Shown: in pieces, positions 27,101-39,100 of the stretch
How the letters are laid out: each line of letters opens with the position of its first letter
Position numbering within the stretch: the first letter of the stretch is position 1
Source of the DNA: Podarcis pityusensis
Lineage: Eukaryota
Assembly: GCA_964106645.2 (NCBI GenBank)
Contig: OZ067039.1
Direction: 5' to 3' (one strand)
DNA length: 64,000 nucleotides
Program-made: the position numbers and the translations under genes
The notes under the pieces: model-generated
What the model saw: only the letters and a program-made list of their open reading frames with translations
What the model was told of the DNA's origin: nothing
Databases searched by the model: none

Positions 27101-30100
27101 GGATGCATGAAAGCCCAAGGCTTGCTGACACTCTTTTACATCACATGAAGTTATGGGTCAGTGCATCTATTCTAGAACTGAAGCACTATGTCTACATTTC
27201 TGTGTGAAACAGTCCAAAAATTGGCAAGTTACAACAAAACTTGAGTTTGCTTTAATGTATAGCAAAAAAAGAAATCTGTGTGAAGTTACCTAACAGCATG
27301 CTTTGTACAAAACTCACAAACACAGGAAAAGGAAGACTGGTAATAGTGAGAGACTGCAATGAATGCTGTTCCAGCACAGAAACCCATCCCCCTAGAGCTA
27401 CTAACATTCTCAATTAAACCAAATTATTTACACACAAGCTGCCCCACTTCCACCAAATTCCAGATAGCAGAGATTTTGATTATTCAGCAGAACTAATTGG
27501 ATTCCAAGTAAGAAGCCACATTCCACATATTCACTCAAAACTCCTGGACTAATTTGCTTCTGCTTTTCCAGAACTTCAAGCATTGGAAGAGAGACAGCAT
27601 TCATCAGGGCTCCAGTGCACAGGCATGTGCCACCCACAAACCCTCTGGTGGGACTGTCAACTCTTCTCCATCAGGTGTTTGGGAATCTGTTGCTCTGCCT
27701 TTTCAGTGGCAAAGATCACCATGTTAAACTTAAGGATGTGTGCAAAAATGGACTGTCTACCTAAGAGTGTCCAAATATGCAGAGAAGCAGACCTCTATTA
27801 GTCAGCTGCTGCAGTGGGAGGTTTGCCTATATGGCAACACAGCACACCTGAGGCCCAAGATTCACAAATGTGGAGTTTTGACACACAGCAGGCCCAGGCT
27901 GGACCATGGGCTGCTTCACAAGCCGTAACACATAACCAAAAAAATAAAAGGGTATATTCACAGTTCTTGCAGCTGAGGCATTGAGGCACACTTACCGCAG
28001 CACATCCATCTCGTCTTTCAGTGCTTGGGCTTCCTCAGCCAGGCTGGTCAGCTCCTCATTGCGGTGTTGAAGTTCCAGCACTTCCTTTTCGAGATCTTCA
28101 CAGCGCACTCGGAAGTCATCTCTGCTGCTTTCCAGCCTGGCCAAAATACATCTAGTTAGCTAGACTTTTCTTCTAATTATTCTCTGGACTCCACTGCCTT
28201 TGGGCACATTGTCCTGAGGGCAATATAACCTCCCCACCCCAGTATCTGCCTTACCGGAAGTTCTCCTCTTGCAGCTGCTCTATCTGGGTTTGAAGCAGAA
28301 GCAACTTCTTGCCAGTGAGCCCAGCAGCATCTGACTCAAGGGAGCTTTTCTGCTCCCGGAGACTCTTGTTCTCTAGAGACAAAGTATTCTTTTCTTCCAC
28401 CAGGATGGAGATCTGAGAGAAGGGAGGAGGAAGACTAGTTTCTAGGAGGCGGCCAAGTAATGGAGCTCTAAGTCCAGCTAAGAACTTTGCGGATTCTACC
28501 AGGTCCTTCATAAGCCCAACCAGCCTGTGACATTCAACCTCATTCTACTAGGGCCCTAGAAAAAGGGGAGAGTGGAAGCATAGCTGCTTAAGTCTTGGCT
28601 GTTCACTTCTTTCCCTTGGCTTTAAGCAGGCTGAAGAGAACCCTGCTCTCCCACTCTCTATCAAATTGCTACATGTAACCACAAGCAATTGGTTCCTTTT
28701 GCTGCTCTAGCAGACTTGTCCCCAGATTTTGCAAAACTATGGAACCATACAGTGGGTAACAGAGTAGGTTTAACAGACATTTGCATGCATGTGCAAAAGA
28801 ATGTCTACAGCTGGCCTCCTGCCCCAACACGCACAGCAGCCATTGAAATTAGCCTCATCAGGACTCCTCTTGCACCAGCTCATTTGGCGGGAAGGAATTA
28901 TCATCCACACAGGCACTACTAAAGCATGTGTGAGCTACTGAAAGGAACTGCTAGCAAGCAAGTTCACTTCCTCTCTCTGCAAATCTGGCAGACTTTTTGC
29001 CAAGGACCTATGCTCCCTGAATGGAAGCGAAAACTTCATTACAGGCACCTACCGACCTACTGCAGGGATCCAGAATTGCTACGAAGATTAAATGCTGCCA
29101 AATGAAGAGGCCACAAAAACCCCCTCAGCCTGTATATACATCCCCTAAACCTAAGTGATTCCAGAATCTTCATATGCAGTTTAGAACCTAGAATGCAGAA
29201 ATGTGGATTTGTAGCTGTATTAGCTCTCAAGCAGTTGTTAACTTGTCAACATGGCACATGCTCATGCAAGGAGGTTAGGCTGGTCCCACCAGGCATGGGG
29301 CTCCACTGCTGGGTGAGCAGGTCTGTTATCATAGGCAAGAGCATGGGAAGAGGGAAGACACTCACCTTCTTGAAGGGGGCTGCATCTCCAGGGGCACTTT
29401 AGCACCTTGGAGGAGTAAAGGGTTTGTTTTTGTAAAGGGAGCGAGATCAGTCTATCCTTTCTCAGGTCCCCCACAACCCACCCTTCCTGAAATATCCAAA
29501 ATCTCCACAGTTGCACTGTCTGCTCTTTAAATTTAGCCCCTCTGCTGGACACCAGTCTTGTTCATATGGCTTTAACAGGTAAAAAGAGGCATAAAGCCCA
29601 GGACCACTGAGTCCAAGGTCAGCCCCAAAACTACCAAGCTGATCTTGTTCTTCGTCCACAGCAATCTCAAAAACAATGAGGGAAAGGACAGCTGTGCATT
29701 AGGAGGAGGGACACGGACTCGCACACCACACCACACTGCAGCCAAGCCCAGCTGTCTCCATGCAGCCCAGCAAGCTCACACCATCCACAAAGAACTGCAC
29801 TTCCCACCCCACCCCAGAAACTGGACTGCATGAGGGAGGAAAGGAAGGCAGGACCTCACCTTGCCTTTATATAAGGAAAGACAGAATATCCAAATGACCA
29901 GAATAGGCCCGGTCCCCAAACACCACCAACTCAGTGCACATAGAGCTGTGCAATATGGAGAGGCAGGCAGGGAGGGAAGGGGAGAGAAAGGATGGTAATC
30001 AAGATAGCAGTTCAGAAAACGGCATGTCAGGGCTCCTGCAAAATTCCAGCACAGAATATATACCAGGGGTGGGGAACCTGTGGCCCTCCAGATGTTATTG

Positions 30101-33100
30101 GGAATCCTATCTGTCATCAGCCCCAGCCAGCATGGCTAATGCTCAGAGGTGACAGACAATGCAGTCAACCAAACGTTATGAGACAACAGGTTCCCTACCC
30201 CTGATATATACCTCCCCATAACTTCTGAGGAAGGGCAGAACCCATTGGAGACCTGATGGTGCTCAGTATTTTTCCATTGTTCCTATGAATAGTCTCCTGG
30301 CTTCCATCATCTGATGCACATTCTTTTAAGTCCACAGCAAACAGAGCTGGTTTCCACCTCCAATTTTCTTGGCTCCCAAGAGACACTCACCTGCTGCTCT
30401 AGGTCATGGCAGCGCTGGCGCATGTCATCTGTCTCCTCTAGGTCATCACTGAGAAAGTAATACTTCCTGGACTACAAGGGAAAACCAGAAAGGTACAAGG
30501 AGTCAGCCAGTCAGTCAATAAAAGTCTATATAGTACTACAGACACTGAACAAGGCAAGCCACTCCTAGTAGCTCAAGCCTAGCCTTCTTCCTTTGAATTA
30601 CCTGATCTGGCCACACCAAAAAAAAAAAGGACCTCTTTCTCCATTCCTGCTCAGCCTACATCTATTGAATTTGCACCATTAGGGCTCATGCCGCCCACCC
30701 ACTCTTAATATATATCACAAGTACCTGGCTGTCAAAGTTCCCATAAGTCTCTGAGCTCAGCGTGTCCGATGAATCTTTGTTTAAGAGCTGCAAAAGACAA
30801 AGAGGTTTGGTAACTGGTCACATAGAGGGGACTCACAGAACTTTCTAAGCCCTGTATTCCAGGAAGCAGGCATAGGTTAACTAGAACATCTTTCGGAACT
30901 TTCATCTAATGAGCACCAGGCCTGGCAGCAGGGAGTGGGCAGGACTTGGCGGGGGCAGGGACTAGCACAAAAGTAGCATCATTACCTGGGAAGACGCAAG
31001 ATTGTAGGTTGAGAATGAGGGGCACTTCCTGACCAGGGAGATCATTAGCAACACAAAGCAAGCATCCAGTTCCGGAGCCTAATGGCTTCACACTAGGCTG
31101 AAGGACACAGTCGAACTCACCTCCTGTATTGCTGTCATAACAACATGCTGCACAGATTCCTCCAGGGTCATGATCTGCTGGATGTGATCTGCAAACAGAT
31201 GAGGCTGGGCACTCAAGTTACTCTCCAACTAGTTCCTTCCTCCTCTGGCCAGATTCCCTCCCCTGCCCCAAATCATGCAGCCATGAGGGTTGGTACAGCC
31301 TCCAGGAGTGGGGCCCAAATTTCAATGAAGTATTTTTGTGGGTGTGGCAGAATGTCAGATCTGTCTGTCTGTCTCTCACTGCACCCTCCTTCTGTCTCAA
31401 ACTGATTTAAGAGGCTGATATCCCAACTAGTATCAGGGGTGAAGAAAACCAAGAGGAGAAAACCCAAGGAGAAAGATTGGAAGCTCCAGCTTAAGGAGAT
31501 CCAGAAGTTATATGGATGAGGCAGGAGCCACCTGAATAGAGAGGACTAATGAAGGGAAACTGTAAGTCCCTGTAAGCAGGACAGCAATGCCACAACAAAT
31601 AGGGCACCTGCTTCCTAGACCCCACCCACACATGGCAGGTATTTAAAGCAGCCATTGCAGAGTCATCCTCATGGCACAGATGCCCATAAAGCTCCACTGT
31701 GACATCCCCCCATCGTAATTGTCATTCGCACACATATACCTTGCTTCCTCTCACAGCTGATGGCACAGCCCAGCACCAGCTGCAGTAGCTTGCCCAGCTC
31801 AGCTGTGTCAGACAGTTCTCCAACCAGAGCTACATCAGGCAGGAGCTGCTCCGGGACTTGGTGGCCCAGGACCTGAGAAGACAGCAGCGGATATAGCTTC
31901 TGACAGCCAGCAGACCTTTCACTGTTGCTGCCACCTACTTATTCCACCTATCTCACTGTGTCTGTGACAGCAATTTGCCTGGGAGAGGACAGGTTACTTT
32001 TCAGTATCTTTTATCTTAGGTTTGAAATCTGCCACTTGTCCAGCACTAGTCTGTGGCAAGCCTCCAAGTGACCAAACAATGGAGCTTTTGAAACTGCAAC
32101 AGCCTCTGTCAGTGGGCAATAAGTGACTTACACAGGCATGTGAGGAAAGGTGAATAATTTTTTTAAAAAGTTATGGGCTAGTAACTTGAGTGGACTTGTT
32201 AGCAAGACTGCCTGTGCTAAGGAGCATTTACTACTACTACTACTACTACTACACTTCAATCCCATTCTTCCTCCAAACAGCTCAGGGTAGCATATATAGT
32301 TTTCCCACTGTTTTATCCCTGTGAGTGGATAGATTAGGCTAAGAGGTAGACCCAAAGTCACCACCCAGGAAGCTTTGGAGTAAATCAGGGATTTGAAACA
32401 AAATCTCCCCAGTCTAAGTCTCACTTGCCACTCCACTCCACTGGATGTCAACTGTGTCTTGGGAGTTCTGTACACAGAGAAAGCCACATCCATAGAGAAC
32501 CAATAACATTTACCCAGCTTTTCTAGAGCAGGGCTATTTCTATTATTATTTATTATCATTATTCAATTTATTACCCACCCTTCACCAGCAGGTCCCTGGG
32601 CAGACTACAACAATCTAAAACTCAGTATTACAACCAGCTAAAACTAATTACCATCAAAGAGATAGGTGGGTCCTGGGAAAAAAGAATGTTAGATTGGAAC
32701 CATGAGCTCCGTCTTTCAGTGATGGCTTCAATACAGCCAGGCTGAGTGATTGTCAGAGTTTTGTCCCTTGGCATTCACCTGCCGCTCTACTGCCCAAGCA
32801 GAGACCCTTAACTTACACTGGAGGCTTGGGCCATGCCCTGAAATACATCACCACCATGCCAGCAAAGCCAAACCAGAAAAGGTACTCACATCCTGGGAGT
32901 ATTCAACCACACTCTGCAGGACCTTCTTCAAGTTGCTCACCTGGAGACAAGATAGAGGATGAATGAACATAAATGTGCAGGTTTGTCAGAGTACTGAGAC
33001 CTGTCATTCCCACTATATTTCCCCTTTCCAAAAGCCATACAGCCAACAAGCAAGACTCCGCTATTTCCCATGCTGGTTTGGAATTAAAAAAAAAGCTGGC

Positions 33101-36100
33101 CATGCTCAGTCGTCTTCAGAACTACTCTGATGGGAGAGAAGAGTCCAGGGTTGATGCAGGACAGGTATCTAATTGGGGTGAAGAGCCCTTCCTACCAAAT
33201 CCCACCCTCATCTTCAAATCACAAAGCTGGCTGATCAACCTAAGCCAGCCAAGAAACCCTGAAAATTGAACAACTCTGCCTTCAAGGTATTGCTAAGTCA
33301 GAGTCTCATGACTTCTGGAGTTCATTTTGATACGGACCGGGAAGGGGGGGGGGGTACCTCTCCCGCTCCCTTTCCTTTGAACAACAGAGGCGATGACCTC
33401 GAGGGTACCCACAGTACACCCACCCTTGGTCCCCTCACCGTTGCACAAGCACCACACTTCTCCCGTAAACCCCTTTTCTTCTTCCTTTCACGAGCGAAAT
33501 AAGCTCACTTGTAAATATATTCCCCTATCCCTATACCTGCTTGCGCTCTATACTTAGAATGAATAGACCGGGTGTCCCTGCATCCCCGTCTATTCCTATG
33601 CCTGCGTTTTGGCCAATCACAGCCATGAATTCATCCTGCAGAGGCGAGCTCAGGGAGCTCTTGCACGCCTCATTTAACCTCCTGACGAGCTGCTGACAGC
33701 CCCCTGCTGCGAGAACAATGGAACCGAAACTCTTGACCTCGTAAAACTGTCAAAACCCTGTTACAATGTATCCATTTTTACTAGAATGGATACATTCTAT
33801 TTCCGCTTTTGATTTACGCTACGGGACAGGCTGGAAGCCATCGGAACCTTTCGAAAATCATATAAAATCAACCACAACTCCGATTTTCTTGTTCTTGGTG
33901 TCATTCGGCTCAGTTTCCCCTGGACTCCATGATGCTACCCAGACTCCATAATCCCCGAGACGACAAGTCACGTACACAGGAACTCCTTAATCCGGTCAGA
34001 TCGTTCTGCCCAGCCCTTCCTCCGGGCAGTGCCAGGTGGCAGACGATGCATATCACCAACCTATTGTCCTACCGCCACCGGTGCTCAGGAAATGTATATT
34101 TGTGTACCTCCCTCGCTCTGCATATTCCCCCTCCCTTATCTCAAATGTTAATTAGTGTAACCCCATCTCTCTCTGAGATATTCATGACGTGTGTAATGTA
34201 TTCATGATGTAACTGTGATGTATTTTGCACTGTATTCTGGGACTTGGAGGGAACTTTTAAAAGTTTATGTCGCCCCATTCTCGGGGTTCAATTTCATCTT
34301 GAACCTGTTGCGCAATAAACTTGGATCTTTGCATCTTGCTCCTGCGTCCGGCTGAGCTTCCTTTTCCTCCGCAAGGACCCGCGGACTCTGTCCGACGAGC
34401 TGGGTGGCAGGGTAAATACGCACCCAGATTTACCGTAACAGTTGGCGCCCAACGTGGGGCTCGAGCGGTTCTCCCGGGCTGCTGACCGGGGGTCCCGAAC
34501 TCTTCAGCCGGCTCCGGGCCACTTTGCCTGGGAAGACCCTTTTGGACCTCCGGCCATCTCCCGGGCGGTAATCGGGAGTCCCAGAAGTTCAGTCGGGGAG
34601 CAAAGGGGATCCAGCCGGCTTATTCAACGATCCCGGGATCGGATCAACGTAGAAGACGCGTGAGTATAGGAAATCCAGTGCACTGGTGGGAGAGGGGTGG
34701 AAATCTCCTGGCAACTGAATCTCTGCCCTCCTTCTATCGCTCTTTCTTACCTTTCTCTTGGTCCGGTTAGTGAGAGAGACCGTGGACCACCGCTCAGCCC
34801 GAAAGGGGGGCTCTGAGCTCTATCCCTTTCTCTAAACTCTCCAGCCAGCCGCACCAATTGGGAGTCCGAAGGTAAGACGGAGAGAGCCGACTTGAAAGAC
34901 AGCCGACTCTCCGCAACGGACATCCTAGTTGAAAGCAAGGGGTTGGAGTTCTTTTCCGAACTTCTTTAGCGCCCGGCAAGGGGGCGGGAAGCGGTCTTGC
35001 TTTCTATCACCAATCCCAGCCGCACCGGTCGAGCCACGTAACACGTGTATCGTGCGTGAGTTCGCTTCCGAAAGCAAGGGGGATTTTCGACCCGGAAAAC
35101 TCTATCCAGGGACAACCCGATCTGGCACCGCACGGAGCGGGCGTCCAGTAGGGCCCCTTTTCCTGAGATTGTACGATAGGTAGGAGGTTGCCAGGAGGGG
35201 AGCCCAGGAGGGATTGGGCGGGAAAACGGCAGAGTGGGAAGGAAACCCCAGGTAAATTGATAAAGTGAAGAAACAGGATAAGGAAGGTAGGTAGAATAGA
35301 GCTCTCTAAAGTAAACCCCGTTAGGAAGTTGCCAAGCAACAGAAATAACAGACCCAGATAAACCCCAGCACCCATAACGACCCTCCCTCTCTCCCCTTCT
35401 CTTTACCCAGACACGCGTGAAACTAAATGGGTACCCAAGCTTCCAAGCACGAGCGGGCTCGCTCCGGGAAGAAGGCTTCCAGAAAGCCATCTGAATCCCA
35501 GAGAGACCCCGACTCCCCCCTTGAATTCGTCATCTCATATTGGAAGTCTATCCCCGGGCACAAATTACTATCTAGACAGAAACTAGAGGACCTCTGTAGA
35601 GAAATCTGGCCTGAAGGCACGGCCTCCGCAAAACCTGAACTACGTTGGCCACCGGGAGGCTCTTTTAACGAGGACCGCCTGCAACACCTAAGAAAGTACC
35701 TGATGGAGGAGAAACCTCGTCAGTTAGAATATCTAGCCGCCTTTGAGACGGTCAGGAAAATGCTTCAGGCTCCAAAAGGAGCGACGACTTACCAACTCCC
35801 CATTCTAAACCAAGGGAGACAACCCCTGCCCCCCCCGTATGAAGGACACTCAGCAGACGATTCAACGGAGCGAGCGCTCATTCCCTTCTACTATAGGGAG
35901 ATTCCACCGTCCGCCTCGAGCGGGGAGTCCGAGAGCGAGGAAGAGAAAGGGGCACGGGGGGGCACAAGCCAAAGAATTACCCGACAACAGGCTAGAGTAA
36001 AGAAGAACACCCCCCAGGAAAACTCCAGCCCCCTAGAGAAACCCAGAGAAGCCCCAGGGACATCCAAACCATCGGACCCTGCAGTTGTCCAGATGCCCTT

Positions 36101-39100
36101 AAGGGCCCTACCAATCCCTCCCCTAGAACCGGATGGACCCCCTCGAATGGTATACACCCACCAGCCGTTCTATACCGCAGACTTGGTAACCTGGTCTAAT
36201 CAAATGCCATCCCTAAGAGACGACCCGGATAAATGCCACCGCCAGGTCAGCGCTATTTTTTCAACACATAACCCAACTTGGCCAGATGTTCACGTCCTTC
36301 TAAACGCCCTTTTCAACGATGCGGAAAAGACGGATATTTTAACTAAAGCTGGAGAAGCAATCGAGCTCCCGAACTACCAGGCGGGGCGCCCAGAAAGGCT
36401 GGAAGCACTCACAGCCCAATGCCTGCGTATCGAACCGTCTTGGGACTATAATACCACCAACGGAATCTGGTGTTTAAACATGTTTAAAAAGGCAATTTTA
36501 GACGGCATTAAAGCTGCGGGACAGCGTACCGTCAATTGGACGAAGGTCCAAACTGTGTTACAAGGGGCAAATGAGCACCCATCCGATTATTACACCAGGC
36601 TAGTATCGGCCATCAAGACCTGGGGTGGAATCGATCCAGAAAACCCCCAGCATGAGGTCATAGTGAAAGGCTTCTTTAAGGATCAAGCCTGCCCTGATAT
36701 TAGGAAAGCCCTGAACTTACAGATAGGATACGATGGAAAAAGTATTAGTGAAATCCTCTCCATTGCTAAGTCGGTCTATAATTCTCGAGACGAACGAAAA
36801 AAGAAAGACCCCAAGCCCGAAGTCGATCAGATCTTGGCTCTCAGCATGGAACCAAACTTCCACAGGGGAAGAGGTTTTAGCAGAGGAAAGGGGGCCCGGG
36901 GAGGAGGACCCCTAAATCCCCACAGGCCATGGGGACCTGCCGCCGGCGGTTGCTACTACTGCCAGGAAGAGGGCCACATAAAAAGATTTTGCCCTTACCT
37001 CAACAATAATATGTCTTATGGCATGCACTCCAACACGACCCACGGATACGGAAACCAACCACCCCCCACCAATACCCCTCGAACAACCTCTGCCCCTTAC
37101 AACCCACAAGTACCTGCAAACGCCTCTGGTCAAACCCACGGGCCCATGCCAGGGCCAAGAACCCAAATGCCTACAATGAATCCACCGACCCACCCTTGGA
37201 CAAATGCCACGGCACCACCCCTTCACCCCCCTAACCAGCCACCACCTGACGACCAAGAGGCATACTGACAATTAGAGGGGGATCCCGACCAACCTCAGAC
37301 TATCTGCCCAGTTCTAACGTTATCTGCTGAAGACCCATTTTGCACCATAGACATAGACGGCCATCCATACCAATGTCTACTGGACACTGGGGCCACATAC
37401 TCAACTCTGACCGATAGCCACCTGGAACCGGGCTCAGAAACCAGAAAAGTTATGGGTCTCGATGGGATTCCCCGCACGTGCCCACTTTCACGCCCAACTA
37501 AAGTTACGCTTGGACCCTTACTAGCCGAACACACCTTCCTCTTAACCACCAGCCCCGTAAACCTTCTCGGAAGAGACCTTCTATGCAAATTAAACGCAAC
37601 AATCAAATGCTCCAAGGAGGGTATCTATTTATATATGCCGGAGGATTCCATCCCCGCATTTCAGGGAATAATAGAGGAAGCGAAGACAGGCAGACAATTC
37701 CCGGAACTCCCACCTGAACTTGAGACTGATTTACCCCCCTCCCTATGGGGCACCGAGTCGACTTCCGTTGGCCTCTTACTATCAGCAGTCCCAGTAAAAA
37801 TCACTTATAGGGCCGATTTACCCTTTCCATGTACAAAACAATATCCTTTACCCAAGGAAGCCATCGAAGGATTAACCCCTATGATAGAGGACTTCCTCGA
37901 AAAGGGGATCCTGATCCCTTGCGCATCCCCATGCAACACTCCAGTACTTCCCGTAAAAAAACCATCTGCAGAAGGAGCCCCAGTCCGATACCGCTTTGTC
38001 CAAGATCTAAGGCTGGTGAATCAGTTTGTAATACCCCGCCACCCAGTGGTGGGCAATCCAAACTCCCTCCTGAATGCCATACCGGCTGACACTAAATGGT
38101 ACACTGCCGCGGATCTATGCTCCGCCTTCTTTAGTATACCCTTGGACCCAGCCAGCCAATTCCTCTTCGCCTTCACCTGGGGACCCAGTCAATTAACCTG
38201 GACAAGGTTGCCCCAGGGATACGTAGAATCGCCCGCAATTTTTTCGGCCATATTACACCAAGATTTACAAGACATCCACCTTCCGGCTGGCTCCGCCCTC
38301 CTTCTCTACGTAGACGATCTTCTTCTCTGCTCCACCAGTGAGGAAGCATGTAAAAAGGACACTAAATACCTCCTTGCTGAACTAGCGCGAAAGGGACACA
38401 AGGTGTCACCAAAAAAACTCCAATACTGCAAACAGGAAGTAAAGTACCTCGGACACATCCTAGGGATAGGTACCCGAAGTTTGGCCACAGATAGGATAGA
38501 AGCAGTCACAAGGATCCCCCTCCCTAAAACTAAACGACAACTGCGGGGATTCCTAGGAATGGCTGGCTTCTGCAGAGCCTGGATCGCGGGTTATAGTGAA
38601 ATAACCAAACCCCTGACGGCCATGACCCGCCAAGACCACCCAGACACCTTGGTCTGGGAGGAAGAAGCTTACAAAGCCTTTGAACGTGTAAAACGGGAAT
38701 TGCGGTCCGCTCCCGCCCTAGGCTTGCCGGACTACAGGATCCCTTTCAACCTGTTCATCCATGAACAAATGGGGGTAGCTTCAGGAGTCCTGACCCAACC
38801 TTTCCGTGACACTGAGCGGCCAGTAGCCTATTATAGCCTCCAACTAGATAACACCGCAAAGGGGGCAGTAGGCTGTCTGAGAGCCATTGCGGCCGCCGCG
38901 ATCCTTCTTGAGAAAGCCCAAGAGACGGTCCTAGGACATGAAATCACTATTCATGTCCCCCACTCCGTCTCCACTCTTCTGACCTTAAAAGGCTGCCATC
39001 ACTTCTCAAACTCCCGCCTCAACAGATACGAAGCTCTCCTACTGACCCCGTCAAATGTCACCATTAAACGAGTAAACTCCCTCAACCCAGCAACCCTACT

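Noticed and set aside
33766-34207. Short LTR ORFs (61 and 92 aa, duplicated at 44068-44509) as sag/nef-like accessory genes
   Set aside because: Short, with no motifs, and overlapping the TATA/R region. The duplication only reflects LTR identity.
34966-35426. Glyco-Gag-like upstream extension or leader ORFs
   Set aside because: An in-frame TAA immediately precedes the gag ATG, and the leader ORFs are antisense or lack recognisable features.
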